The position numbers were made by a program, and so were the translations under genes. A DNA stretch of 64,000 nucleotides from the human T2T-CHM13v2.0 reference genome, Homo sapiens: the NCBI RefSeq assembly GCF_009914755.1, contig NC_060934.1; one strand, written 5' to 3'. The notes beneath the pieces are model-generated. The model was not told where the DNA came from, ran no database searches, and saw only the letters and a list, made by a program, of their open reading frames with translations. Shown here piece after piece: positions 41,800-59,500 of the stretch. The stretch's first letter is position 1. Every line of letters begins with the position of its first letter.

Positions 41800-43883
41800 C
41801 TATTTCCTTAGGACAATATCTTAGAAGTGCAATTGTCTTTTTAAGTATGGCTATTTTTAAGGCTTTTAATAAATACAGACCATCTTGACCTAAGAATGAG
41901 GTGACCAATTTACATTCTAATGAGAGGATTTGCTTCCCTATGTTTTCACCTAAATTAGTATGAAATACATAGCTAAGTTTTGTTTCTATGATTCTAAAAG
42001 TAATATTATGAACATGTTTATTGTGAAAGCTCCAAAACTTTGTTTTTAAACAAGTACATTTTTCAACAAAAGTAGCTCTGAGCCATTATTTTTAATGCAA
42101 GCTAGTATCCCATGGACTGATGGTATTTTATTTCACCAGTTCTTTATTAATAGGCATTTATATTGGATATATTATTTTGCTACCTGCTAAATTTTATGAT
42201 TTGTCTCGCACATATATTTAGTGAATTTGTCCAATTATGCCCTTCATGTAAATTTTAGAAGTTAATTTACTAAGTTAAAGCATAATCAGCCATATAAGTT
42301 TAATTTGTTAATTACTCATTAGCAAATTACTACTTTGAAAGGTTATACTAACTTATATTTGCTTCAGTGGTGGCCAGTTGTGCACACCCTTGATAACACT
42401 AATTATTGTTATTTTCAACCTTTATTAAATTTTAGGAACAAAAGGCATATCTTTTTCTAAATTATAGTTCTTAATTTATTACTGTTTGAATATTTTTGCT
42501 TATGTTTAAAAGCCATTTGTATTTACCTTTTGGGGAATCTCCATATTCTTTTTTCTCATGAAGTTCTTTTTTGTTTGCTATATATACTATTAATATTATC
42601 CTAATAATATTATTAATAATTTTTACATATTATACATAATTTAACACTATATATTAATATATTGCTATTTATCAGGGACACTATTTTTTCTATGTATTTA
42701 CAGTATTTCCCTAGTTATTTGTTTGGCTCAAACCTGTCTTTTTAATGCTAAGATTAGAATGACCTGTTATTCCTAGATTACAAGCATATTTTTCTAAGAA
42801 TTTTTTCAGTTATTTTAAAATTTTATTTTTATTTGACTCTTGAACTTCTCTAGAAGTATTTAGGTGTCATCTATAACATTAGAATCTAATTTTATTTTGT
42901 CCAAATTTAGCCAGTTTTCCTAGTACCATTTGATAAATAATTCATTATTTTAAGCATTTAAAACTCATCTTTAGCATGTGTTAGATTCCATTTTGTTTGT
43001 CTGTTTCAGAGTTCTCAGTTCTCTTTCCTTGTTCTGTTAGTGTGTGCACCATCATCAGGTGGGTTAAATCATAGTGTCTTTTAATGTGCCTTAATAATGT
43101 GTTCCTTCATCACTTTTTGTGAATATTTTTCTGTGTTTTCATAGAAAAATGCAAAAGTAAAAATCATTTTTTGGTCAAATTAAGAACTACTCCCATTTTA
43201 ATTTTGATGAAAATTAGGAGAGAATGACGTATTCATAATCATGAGTCCTTCTATCCAAGAGCATGCCTGGTCTCATAATTACACCATTTAGTCAAGTTTT
43301 ATAGTTTCCATCAGGTAAGTTTTTTAAATTATATCTTTTTATGTCACAATGTTTATTCTATATTAGCATAGAATTTTTTCTTAATAATTCACATTTATAA
43401 TTATCAGCATTATAGTTCTTGCTTTTGTAATAGTTATCATTTTTGGCCTTATTACTAAACATCTTTCATCATTCTAATATATTTCTATCTGGTATTTTTC
43501 AGTTATTTCCAGTCAAGCAGTCATATTTGTAAGCCATGATAACTTTGGTCCTTCTGTTTAATTATTACACTTTTCTTATCTGTAATATTAACTAGAAGTT
43601 CTAGAACATCCAAAATAATTACAGTGATGCTATGCTTCCTTTTTTCTTCCTGAATATAATAGAAATGCTTCAAGACATGGCCAATATTTTCTACTGATTT
43701 CTGATAGATATTCTTTATCATACCAAATAAGTAGCTTTCTGCTCTGAGTTTTCCTAGAATTTTTTTCCCTTTGGTTAGGATCAAATGTTAAATTTTACAA
43801 AACGCTTTCTCATCATCTATTGAGATGTCCATGCATTTTTTTCTTCCTTTCACCTATAATGTGATGAACTAAAAATACTTCTA
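41800..43883 (-). mobile_element. Degenerate AT-rich L1ME ORF2 fragments (resume after 50058)
   Basis: tgttaaattttacaaaacgctttctcatcatctattgagatg; continues ttctaatgttaaattcttcttgcacttctagaataaaccc. Confidence 0.6.
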
Positions 43884-44912
43884 GGATTTAGGTTCCAAGG
43901 GGGCTGAAAAGGAACAACTCTAGTCTACAGCTCCCAGCGTGAGTGACATGGAAGATGGGTGATTTCTGCATTTCCAACTGAGGTACTGGGTTCATCTCAC
44001 TGGGGCTTGTTGGACAGTGGGTGCAGGACATTGAGTGCAGCCCACAGAGTGTGAGCCAAAGCAGGGCAAGGCATTGCCTGGCCCGGGAAGTGCAAGGGGT
44101 TGGGGAATTCTCTTTTCTAACCAAGGGAAGCTGTGACAGATGGCACCTGGAAAATCGGGTTACTCCCAACCTAATACTGTTCTTTTCCAACGGTCTTAGC
44201 AAACAGCACACCAGGAGATTATATCCGGCACCTGGCTCGGAGGTTCCCACGCCCATGGAGCCTTGCTTATTGCTAGCACAGCAGTCTGAGATCGAACTGC
44301 AAGGCAGCAGAGAGGCTGGGGGAGGGGCAGCCACCATTGCTGAGGCTTGAGTAGGTGAACAGAGCAGCCAGGAAGCTCAAATTGGATGGAGCCCACCCCA
44401 GCTCAAAGAGACCTGCCTGCCTCTGTAGACTCCACTTCTAGGGGCAGGGCATAGCTGAATAAAAGGCAGCAGAAACTTCTGCAGACTTAAACGTCCCTGT
44501 CTGACAGCTTTGAAGACAGTAGTGGTTCTCCCAGCACAGCATTTGAGATCTGAGAATGGACAGACTGTGGCCTTAAGTGGGTCTCTGACCCCCGAGTAGC
44601 CTAACTGGGAGGCACCTCCCAGTAGGAGCTGACTGACACCTCATATGGCTGGGCGCCCCTCTGAGATGAAGTTTCCAGAGGAAAAATCAGACAGCAACAT
44701 TTACTGTTCTGCAATATTTGTTGTTCTGCAGCCTCTGCTGGTGATACCCAGGAAAACAGAGTCTGGAGTGGACCTCCAGCAAACTCCAACAGACCTGCAG
44801 CTGAGCGTCCTGACTGTTAGAAGGAAAACTAACAAACAGAAAAAAATCCACACCAAAACCCCATCTGCACATCACCATCATCAAAGACCAAAGGTAGATT
44901 AAAACCACAAAG
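43884..44912. promoter_or_regulatory. L1 5'UTR with sense and antisense promoter region
   Basis: homology to the primate L1 5'UTR; the YY1 motif caagatggcc is mutated to caagggggct. Confidence 0.6.
43888..44337 (-). CDS. L1 antisense ORF0 homolog, open for 149 codons (translation unproven)
   Basis: MVAAPPPASLLPCSSISDCCASN...GVTRFSRC matches ORF0 (MAGAPPPASLPPCSLISDCCASN...GVTRFSRC); ATG in gcaATGg context. Confidence 0.5.
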   Translation of the reverse strand: MVAAPPPASLLPCSSISDCCASNKQGSMGVGTSEPGAGYNLLVCCLLRPLEKNSIRLGVTRFSRCHLSQLPLVRKENSPTPCTSRARQCLALLWLTLCGLHSMSCTHCPTSPSEMNPVPQLEMQKSPIFHVTHAGSCRLELFLFSPLGT

Positions 44913-45935
44913 ATGGGGAGAAACCAGAGCAGAAAAGTTGAAAATTCTAAAAATCAGAGTGCCTCTTCTCCTCCAAAGGACCGTAGCTCCTTACCAGCAA
45001 TGGAACAAAGCTGGATGGAGAATGACTTGACCAGTTGAGAGAAGAAGGCTTCAGGCAATCAGTAATAACAAACTTCTCCCAGCTAAAGGAGGATATTCGA
45101 ACCCATTGCAAAGAAGCTGAAAACCTTGAAAAAAGATTAGACCAATGGCTAACTGAATAAACAATGTAGAGAAGACCTTAAATGACCTGATGGAGCTGAA
45201 AACCATGGCACGAGAACTACGTGACGCAAGCACAAGCTTCAGTAGCCGATTCAATCAATTGGAAGAAAGGGTATCAGTGATTGAAGATTAAATGAATGAA
45301 ATGAAGCAAGAAGAGAAGTTTAGAGAAAAAAGAGTAAAAGGAAACGAACATAGCCTCCAAGAAATATGGGACTGTGTGAAAAGACCAAGTCTATGTCTGA
45401 TTGGTATACCTGAAAGTGACAAGGAGAATGGAACCAAGTTGGAAAACACTCTGCAGGATATTATCCAGGAGAACTTCCCCAACCTAGCAAGGCAGGCCAA
45501 CATTCAAATTCAGGAAATACAGAGAATGCCACAAACATACGCCTCGAGAAGAGCAACTCCAAGACACATAATTGTCAGATTCACCAAAGTTGAAATGAAG
45601 GAAAAAATGTTAAGGGCAGCCAGAGAGAAAGGTCGGGTTACCCACAAAGGAAAGCCCATCAGACTAACAGTGGATCTCTCCGCAGAAACTCTACAAGCCA
45701 GAAGAGAGTGGGGGCCAATATTCAACATTCTTAAAGAAAAGAATTTTCAAACCAGAATTTCATATCCAGCTAAACTAAGCTTCATAAGTGAAGGAGAAAT
45801 AAAATCCTTTACAGACAATCAAATGCTGAGAGATTTTGTCACCACCAGGCTGCCTTACAAGAGCTCCTGAATGAAGCACTTAACATGGGAAGGAACAACC
45901 AGTACCAGCCACTGCAAAAACATGCCAAATTGAAA
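44913..45935 (+). pseudogene. L1 ORF1 (p40), disrupted
   Basis: ATG at 44913 (MGRNQSRK); ORF 45292..45870 IQENFPNLARQANIQIQEIQR...RISYPAKLSF; stops and frameshifts. Confidence 0.93.
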
Positions 45936-45997
45936 AGACTATTGATGCTAGAAGAAACTGCATTGACTAACAAGCAAAATAACCAGCTAACATCATA

Positions 45998-49826
<3,829 letters not shown>

Positions 49827-50189
49827 ACAATGAGAACACTTGGACACAGGAAGGGGAACATCACACACTGGGGCCTGCCATGGGGTGGGGGGAGTGGGGA
49901 GGGATAGCATTAGGAGATATACCTAATGCTAAATGACGAGTTAATGGGTGCAGCACACCAACATGGCAGATGTATACATATGTAACAAACCTGCACGTTG
50001 TGCACATATACCCTAGACGTTAAAGTATAATAATAAAAAAAAAGAAAAAAAATTTCTAATGTTAAATTCTTCTTGCACTTCTAGAATAAACCCTATAACG
50101 TCTTGACTCTATTTTATCACATGCTTTAAGATTTAGGCTTCTAAAATTTTGTTTTTAATGTTGCAGCAATTTTGCCATTCTCCTCCTCA

Positions 50190-50420
50190 TCATCATACAT
50201 CAGCAAGCTTTATTAGACATAAGCTGAATGCATGCAATATTTTGGAATTCATTTACATCATTTTCTAATCCTCACAATTATTCTTAAGAAAACTATAACT
50301 ATCCTACTTTAGAAAAATAATTTAGAATGGTTAAGTGGTCAAATCACAAAATATTTTTGTGTAATAGGGTAAGAATTTGAATAGAGTTCTATTTAACTTC
50401 TAAGTCTACAATTTTAATCT
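50190..50420 (-). mobile_element. MIR SINE, degenerate
   Basis: ctaatcctcacaatt...aatggttaagtgg...agaatttgaa. Confidence 0.5.
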
Positions 50421-51054
50421 TTTCATGTATCCTTCATATTTAGTGAAAAGATTAATCTGTACATTATTTCATAGTGGTCTATTTGTCAAATTTTATTATC
50501 AGGGAAATGCTTCCTATCTTTTCCAATGTTATTAAATATTTTAAATAGCATAGAATTAGAAATTTTCTCCATATGATATGATATCCATATCATAGGTAAA
50601 TGAGAATTTACCTGTGCTATTATTCAAAAACATGCATTTTTGTTTACATTTTTCTCTATTAAATTTGTTTTTACACATTTTATTGGTATTTTGGGGAAAA
50701 AAACCCTTACTTTACATATCTATTAAAATATTTCCCTCAATTGGTTTCAGTTTGAGAATTTCTTTAACTTCTTGGATTAAATACTCATTTCATTTATTCT
50801 CTAAAATGATGATTGAGACTGTAAACAAAGCTCACACTTTTGCCTCATTCCCATATTCAATGTCCTGCTAAAATGACCCTACCCATGCACCAGGGATAAA
50901 TAGTACAGTCAATAGACACATAAAGCTTGACAGCTACATACTGGAAATATAATCCTTGTCTGAAGATCACAAGGAGCAGCCTCAGCCTAACCGTGATGCC
51001 CATATAGCATGGCGAAAAAATCCTTTCTTGTTGTAAGCATTGAAATATTGGTGT

Positions 51055-51287
51055 TTTTTCTGAATTTTTAATTTTTGTGGGTACATAGAAGGTACATATA
51101 TATTTATGGGGTATATATTTTGACACATGCATATAATGTGAAACAATCACATCAGGGTAAATGGGGTATCTATCACCTCAAACTGTGTCCTTTGTGTTAC
51201 AAGCAATCCAATTATACTGTTATTTTAAAATGTACAATTAAATTATTACTGACTGTAGTCACCCTGTTGTGCTATTAAATACTAGAT
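51055..51287 (-). mobile_element. L1MA2/3-like 3' end
   Basis: aatttttgtgggtacatag...aatcacatcagggtaaatggggtatctatcacctcaa. Confidence 0.88.
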
Positions 51288-51654
51288 TTTTTTCAACTTT
51301 TATTTTTATTTCAATAGTTCTTTGGGTAGGTGCTTTTTGGTTACACGAATAAGTTCTTTACTGGTGGTTTCTGAGATTTTAGTGCACCCATCACCCGAAC
51401 AGTGTACATTGTACCCAGTATGTAGTCTTTTATCCCTCACCCCCCTCCCAACCTTCCCCCTGATTCCCCAAAGTCCATTATATCAGCATTATGCCTTTGG
51501 ATCCTCATAGCTTACTTCCCACTTGTAAGTGAGAACATATGATATTTGTTTTTCCATTCCTGAATTATTATACTTCACTTAGAATAACAGCCTCCAGCTC
51601 CATCCAAGTTGCTGCAAAAGACATTATGGCTTTTTATGGCTGAGTAGTATTCTG

Positions 51655-51691
<37 letters not shown>

Positions 51692-51896
51692 TTTCTTTAT
51701 CCACTCATTGGTTGAAGAGTACTTAGGTTGGTTCCACATCTTTGCAATTGTGAATTGTGCTGGTGTAAATATGTATGTGCATGAGTCTTTTTCATATAAT
51801 GACTTATTTTTCTTTGGGTAGATACCTAGTAGTGGAGTGGGATTGCTGGATCAAATGATAGTTCTACTTTTAGTTCTTTAAGAAATCTCCATATTG
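51288..51896 (-). mobile_element. L1PB1-like 3' end
   Basis: tttcaatagttctttggg...ttacacgaataagttctttactggtggtttctgagattttagtgcacccatcacccga; (TA)n at 51658-51688. Confidence 0.92.
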
Positions 51897-53298
51897 AATC
51901 CAACAGCATATTAAAAAGATAATACATCATGATCAAGTGGGTTTTATGCCAGGGATTCAGGGATGGCTTAACATATGCAAGTCAACAAATGTGATACATC
52001 ACATAAACAGAATTAAAAACAAAAACCACATGATCATCTCAATAGACGTAGAAAAGCTATTTGATAAAATTCAGCATTTATTTATGATAAAAACTCTCAA
52101 CAAAATAGGCATAGACGAGACTTACCTCAAAGTAGTAAAAGCCATATATTAGAAACACACAGCCAACCTCGTACTAAATGGGGAAATGTTGAAAGTATTC
52201 CCCCCTGAGAACTGGAGCAAGACAAGGATGCCCACTTTTATCACTTCTATTCAACATAGTACTGGAAGTCACAGCCAGAGCAATCAGACAAAAGAAAGAA
52301 ATAAAGGGTATCTAAATTGGAAAAGGAAGTCAAACTGTCACTGTTCACTGATGATATGATTATATACCAGAAAACTCTAAAGCCCATCCAAAAAGCTCCT
52401 AGATCTGATAAGCAAATTCAGTAAAGTCTCAGGATACAAAAGGACTGTACACAAATCAGTAGCACTGCTATACACCCAAAATGACTAAGCTGAGAATCAA
52501 ATCAAGAACTCAATCCCTTCTACAACAGCTGCAAAAAACAATAAAATACTTAGGAATACACTTGACCAAGGAGGTGAAAGACCTCTACAAGGAAAACTAG
52601 AAAGCACTGCTGAAAGAAGTCAGATTACACAAACAAATGGAAACACATCCCATGCTCATGGATGGTAGAATCAATATTGTGAAAATGACCATACTGCCTA
52701 AAGCACTCTACAGATTCAATGTAATTCCCCTCAAAATACCATCATCATTCTTCACAAAACTAAAAAAGACAACCCTAAAATTCATATGTAACTAACAAAG
52801 ATCCTGCATAGCAAAAGCAATGCTAATCAAAAAGAATAAATCTGGAGGCATCACATTACCCAACTTCAAATTATACGACAAGGCTATAATTCCTAAAACA
52901 CCGTGACACTGGTATAAAAATAGGCACATAGACCAATGGAACAGAATAGTGAACCCAGAAAAAAAGCCAAATACTTAGAGCCAACTGATCTTCAACAAAG
53001 CATACAAAAACATAGACTGGGGAAAGACCCCCATTCAATAAATGTTGTTGGAAAAACTGGCAAGTCACACGTAGAAGAATAAAACTGGATTTTCATCTCT
53101 TACCTTATACAAAATCAACTCAAGATGGATAAAAGAGTTAAACCTAAGGCCAGAAACCATAAAAATTGTAGAAGATAATATCAGAAAAACTCTTCTAGAT
53201 ATTGGCTTAGGCAAAGAATTCATGACTAAGACCCTGAAAGCAAATGCAACAAAAACAAAAATAAATAGATGGGACCTAATTAAACTAAAAAGCTTCTG
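51895..53298 (+). mobile_element. Inverted ORF2 segment of the same L1PB
   Basis: [36 protein letters not shown]; ends ctaattaaactaaaaagcttctg. Confidence 0.92.
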
Positions 53299-53769
53299 GA
53301 ATTTTTTTATTGCAATATAAGTAGCCTAAGCTGACTAATTCAGGAATCTTGAATGATTATTTTTGAAGTCAGAGTAAAAGACAGAAAGGTATAAATTTAA
53401 AGATGAAGGACAAAATAGATGTGGGATAGATAGAGTGAATTCAAAACACATGCGAAAGGTGTTCAGAAGTGTATATTAATTGGATTGGAAATACATGAAG
53501 AGTGCAGATTAATCAGGGGAGAATTTCATTCTTTACAATTATACATGTTTCCTTTGAGGAATGTGTCACCATTTATGTGTCCTCTTAATTTATTTCAACG
53601 CAGTTTTGCAAATTTCTTCCTGCAGTTCCTGAATATTTTTGCATTATTTAAATGAAAGATGTTAATTTTAAATATTTATATTTTTAAAATTCACCAAAAT
53701 CGATTTTCAAATTGGTATGTTCAGATTGTAACTTTTTTTTTTTTCTGGACTGTCCTTCAAGCTTCTATT

Positions 53770-53950
53770 TGCAGACTCTCAAACTTTTTAAGTATGATGT
53801 TATAATCAATTGACAAGTTTGTTAAAGTTAGAAACTCCTGGGCCCCACCTCTTTAGTTGACTTGGATGTAACCTACAAATCTATAGTTTTAATAAAATAT
53901 CAGAAAATTCTAATTTAAAGTAGATAAGTGTCCACAGCTTGAAACATTTT
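53770..53950. mobile_element. MER5B-like remnant
   Basis: ctctcaaact...tttgttaaagttagaaactcctgggccccacc. Confidence 0.5.
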
Positions 53951-54132
53951 GCTTTCAAGTGGTTTCCAAAGGTTTCAGCTAGTTTTTTTTTCTTTCTTTC
54001 AAATGGTGAGAACATCCCAACATTAGAATCAGAATTTCCCTCTACTTTTCAGACAGTCAAATCCTCACCCTTCAAAAAGGCAACCAGCTCTTAAACTGAA
54101 AATTAAATTAAGCTTTGTAAGGGCAGAAACCC

Positions 54133-54438
54133 TTTTTTTTTTTTTTTTTTTTTTTAGACAAAGTCTACTCTTCTACCAGGTTGAAGTGCAATGGCACAAT
54201 CTCAGCTTACTGCCATTCTGCCTCCCGGGTTCAAGCGATTCTCCTGCCTCAGCCACCCGAGTAGCTGGGATTACAGGCACGAGCCACCAGGCCTGGTTAA
54301 TTTAATTTTTGTATTTTTAGTCCAGATGAGGTTTTGCCATGTTGCCCAGGCTGGCCTTGAACTTTTGAGCTCAAGTGATCCGCCCGCCTTAGCCTCCCAA
54401 AATGTTGGGATTGCAGGTGTGAACCACTGTGCCCAGCT
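54133..54438 (-). mobile_element. AluJb-like, inserted in an L2 3' end
   Basis: gttgcccaggctggccttgaacttttgagctcaagtgatcc; flanks aagctttgtaagggcagaaac / tttgttgaatgaat. Confidence 0.93.
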
Positions 54439-54647
54439 AAGGAAGTTTTATTTCTTGTTTACCTCCAGTCCTCAGTGTTTAGAACGACGAGTGGTACAAA
54501 TCAATTTTTGTTGAATGAATACATATTTGCCTTTATATAGGAAAATTATAGTTTTCAAAATAATTTTGAAATGTGGCTTGAGATAATCCATCACCTTCCT
54601 CCTTTAATGGCCCCCTGTCCTTGGATATTCAGAAAACCAAAGCCCCC

Positions 54648-55034
54648 TGCTGTGGTCTGAATAAGTCCTCCAAAATTCATATGATGAGAATTAATCACCA
54701 TTGTGATAGTATTAAGATGTGGAGACTTCAGGAGATGATTAAACCACTAAGGCAGAGCTCTCGTGGATGGGATTAGGGCCTTCATGAAAGAGCTTGAGGG
54801 AGCTGATTCCCCTCCTGTCCCTTCTGCCATGTGAGATGCAGCACTTGTCCCCTCAGGAGGATGCAGCAGCCAGAAGCCGTCCTGGAAGCAGAGAGCAGCC
54901 CTCACCACACACGGAGCCTGCCACACCTTGACCTGGCCTTCCCAGCCTCCAGTACTGTGATTAACAAATTTCTGTTTTTTCATAAATTACCCAGTCTCAG
55001 TATTTTGTTATACCAACACAAACAGACTAAGACA
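54648..55034 (+). mobile_element. MST (MSTC/D-like) MaLR solo LTR
   Basis: tgctgtggtctgaat ... acagactaagaca; perfect TSD ccccc. Confidence 0.92.
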
Positions 55035-55426
55035 CCCCCTCATTTTCTGAATGGAAAGGTATTATATATGAATGACCATTTCAGAGTCTCGATCTCCATA
55101 AAAAGGTGCACAAGTGTCTTTTTTACTCTCTACTTCTAAGTAAGTAAAAGGGAAAACTCATATAATTAATTAGGATTGAAAAAATTGTTCTTTTACTTTC
55201 TGTGGGCATGTTGTAATAAGTATTAAAAAGTCAGTTATTTAAAAATAAAAACCAAATCATAGTTTAATTTCTGAGGACAATATCTCTGAAGGTATTTGAA
55301 ACTGTATTGCACACCATCATCTCTCAGCTGATTAGAAAAAGAAAATACTTGATTTTAAAAATAAAAATGCATTTTATCTTAATTAGCCAACATTCCAGAG
55401 AAAGAAATTAAAAATTGACCTCATCT

Positions 55427-55765
<339 letters not shown>

Positions 55766-56272
55766 ACACACACAAACCCTCATCTATACATTCGAAATTA
55801 CTGTCTGTCACATGCACACACCTCTCTGTTCCCCACTGTAATTTCTGTCATATTCACAATTTTACTTAGGTTCAATTTTCTAAGTGAACTTCTGGGTTCT
55901 TTTTCTCAGGAAAAAGTCACTATTATTTATTTTATTCAATATCTATAGAACAAACATACTACAAAATGATATATAGTAGATATCTAAAATCTATAGTACA
56001 GGTCATACACAGTGAACAACGAAGTACTCAGATAATCAAGTTTACCCCAAATAAATTGCTGTTATTTTTCTATGATTTTTACATAGTCGAGGTCATACTG
56101 TGTATACAATTTTACACGTACTGTTTGCTTAATTTAAAAATAACTTGCATTAATAAAATATTTATAAACATAATTTAAGGAATAATAAATATTACACTGA
56201 TTGAAGGTGAGTGTTTTTGATGTTATATTTCTTGTCCATACATTAATCAAAAATTAAATACTGGGTCAATTG

Positions 56273-56572
<300 letters not shown>

Positions 56573-56609
56573 TAATAATGATTAAAAATATAATAATCAT
56601 AAGTGGTGG

Positions 56610-56990
56610 CCTTGTTAGTCTGCTATTGCTATAAAATGCTGTGTAAATCTATGCTCAGCATCTTATAGTAATGAACTCTTATTCTCATGCTTAGAGGTCT
56701 GTAAGATAGCTGCCCCACCCGACTTATTCTGGGCCTGGTTTGGAGTTGTGCTGGCTTCCTAGAGTAGTTCATTCTCAAGTTGAAGTCTGAAAGCTCCCAG
56801 TGGAGCTAGTGGGACCATATTATTCCTCCTAGAGTCTTAAACACGGAATTGATATACTGTCACTTCCACTGATATTCATATGTTAAAAGCAGCTCACATG
56901 GTTAAACTCAACATCCAAGGGTAAACTCTCCATGGGGACTGGGATGGAGAGAGCAGGAGAGACTGTTTTCTAAAGTGGCAAATGTGTCAA
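56610..56990 (-). mobile_element. MLT1H/I-like LTR
   Basis: tgttagtctgctattgctataaaatgctgtgtaa...ctgtcacttccactgatattc. Confidence 0.6.
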
Positions 56991-57474
56991 TTTATCCTCT
57001 TATTCATTATGGCAGGGACATGCTCAGAGTTTATGTAAAAATCACTTTAAATAGTTAAGGGATAAATTTAAAAGATGAGGTGCTTAAACCCCTAATTTGT
57101 AATACTCAAAATTATTTGATTTGCCAAGAGGACTTTGCTGCATTCCCCAAGTCTGGTGGAAAACATATGGTGCATATTTTGTAAAACTGGTAACACATTA
57201 GAAATTAAGCTATGTCTTCAGAATGAAAAAAAAATTGATAGTAGTTTCAAGTATTCTTATAGTTCAAATATCTCCATGCACTGATCAATAGGCACAGCTG
57301 TACTTAAAAGCAGACTCTTCTTTGATAAGGTGTTGAATGATGGGGTACATGTCTGAGAAGAAAGCTGAGAGGAAGTTTGAAGAAATATTTAGGAAATGAA
57401 TGCTCTTTTAAGGGAAAGGTTTTCCTTTGTGAAAATGAGGTAGACTGTAATTTGGGTTGATCTAGGATGGATGG

Positions 57475-57973
57475 TTTGGTAGGCTGAATAACAACCTCCA
57501 AATATATTCACGTCCTAGTAGACAGAACCTATGAATGTTGTCATATATGGAAAAAAGAACTTCACCAGTGAGAATAAATTAAGGTTCTTGAGATGAGAAC
57601 TTATTCTGGATTCTATGGGTGGGCCCTAAATGTAATCACAAATGTCCTTATCAGGGGGAGGCAGAGGGAGATTTTACTAAGAAGAGAAGGCATTATGATA
57701 AAGGAAGCCGAGACAGAAGTGATGTACTTTGAAGACAGAGGGAGGGGCCATGAGCCAGGGAATCCAGGTGACCACTAGAAGCTGTAAAAGGCAAAGAAAT
57801 GGATTCTCCACTGAAACCTCCAGAGGGTGTGTGGCCCTGCCAACATCTTGATTTCAGCCCAGTGAAACCCACTGCTGACCCTGGCCACCAGAACTGTAAG
57901 AGAATAAGTGTATGTTGCTTTAAGTCACCAACTTTGTGATAATTTGTTACAGCAGCCATAGGAAACTAATACA
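57475..57973 (+). mobile_element. MLT1D solo LTR
   Basis: tttggtaggctgaataac ... cagcagccataggaaactaataca; perfect TSD gatgg. Confidence 0.93.
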
Positions 57974-58118
57974 GATGGTGCCTGAAAAAATTTGCAAAGT
58001 TTCCAAATTGACCAACATATTAGAATACTCTGCCCTGCAAAAATAAAAATCATACAATCTTGCATAATGTGCAATATTTGATTTTGATTAAATGAGTTTC
58101 TGTAAGATAAGAGTGACT

Positions 58119-58463
<345 letters not shown>

Positions 58464-58513
58464 TCACTTGTGGACATTGTTTGGTTTGAAGAGTAGGAAG
58501 GAGGGCTTCAGTT

Positions 58514-59500
58514 TGTTATGGGTTGAATTGTGTCCACCAAAAAGATGTTGACATCCTAACCTCTAGTACTTGTGAATGTGACTTTATTTGGTATATTAGT
58601 CAGGGTTCTCTAGAGAAACAGGACTATTAGGATATATGTATATATAAAGTGGAGTTTGTTAAGAAGTATTAACTCACCTGATTACAAGGCGAAGTCCCTC
58701 AATAGGCCATCTACAAGCTGAAGAGCAAGGAAGCCAGTGTGAGTCCCAAAACCTCAAAAGTAGGGAAGCCGACAGAGCAGCCTTCAGTCTGTGGCCAAAG
58801 GCCTGAGAGTCCCTGGAAAATCACTGGTGTATGTTCAAGAGTCAAAGAGCTGAAGAATGTGGAGTCTGATGTTCGAGGGCAGGAAGCATCCAGAACTGGA
58901 GAAAGATGGAGGCCAGAAGACTCAGTAAGTCCAGTCCTTCCATGTTCCTCTGCCTGCTTTTGTCCTGGCTGGCTGGCAGCTGATTAGATGGTGCCCACTC
59001 AGATTGAGGGTGGGTCTGCCTCTCCCAGTCCACTGACCCACATGTTAATCTCCTTTGGCAACACCCTCACAGACACATCCAGGAGCAATACTTTGCATCC
59101 TTCAATCCAATTAAGTAGACACTCAGTATTAACCATCATGTTTGGAAACAGGCTCTTTGCAGATGATGCAATTATGATGAAGTAATTAGGGCGGGCTGTA
59201 ATCCAATATGACTGGTGTCCTCATAAAAAGGGGAAAGTTGGAAACAGAGCCAGACATATACAGGGCAAAGATGGTATAAAGACACAGAGAACAACATCTA
59301 TAAGCCAAAGAACACCTGAGGCCACCAGAAGCCAGAAGAGACACACTGAACAAATTCTCACATGTCCCAAAAGGAACCAATCCTGCTGACACATTGACTT
59401 TGCACTTCTAGCTTCCAGAACTGTGAGACAATACCCTTCTGTTGTTTAGGCCACCCAGTCTGTGGTACTTTGTTCTGGCAAGTCTTAGGAAACTAATACA
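58514..59500 (+). mobile_element. MLT1B/C LTR interrupted by MLT2A2
   Basis: tgttatgggttgaattgtgtcc...gactttatttgg | aaacaggctctttgcagatg...ggaaactaataca. Confidence 0.92.
58592..59140 (-). mobile_element. MLT2A2-like HERV-L solo LTR (549 bp)
   Basis: tatattagtcagggttctctagag ... cagtattaaccatcatg; perfect TSD tttgg. Confidence 0.93.
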
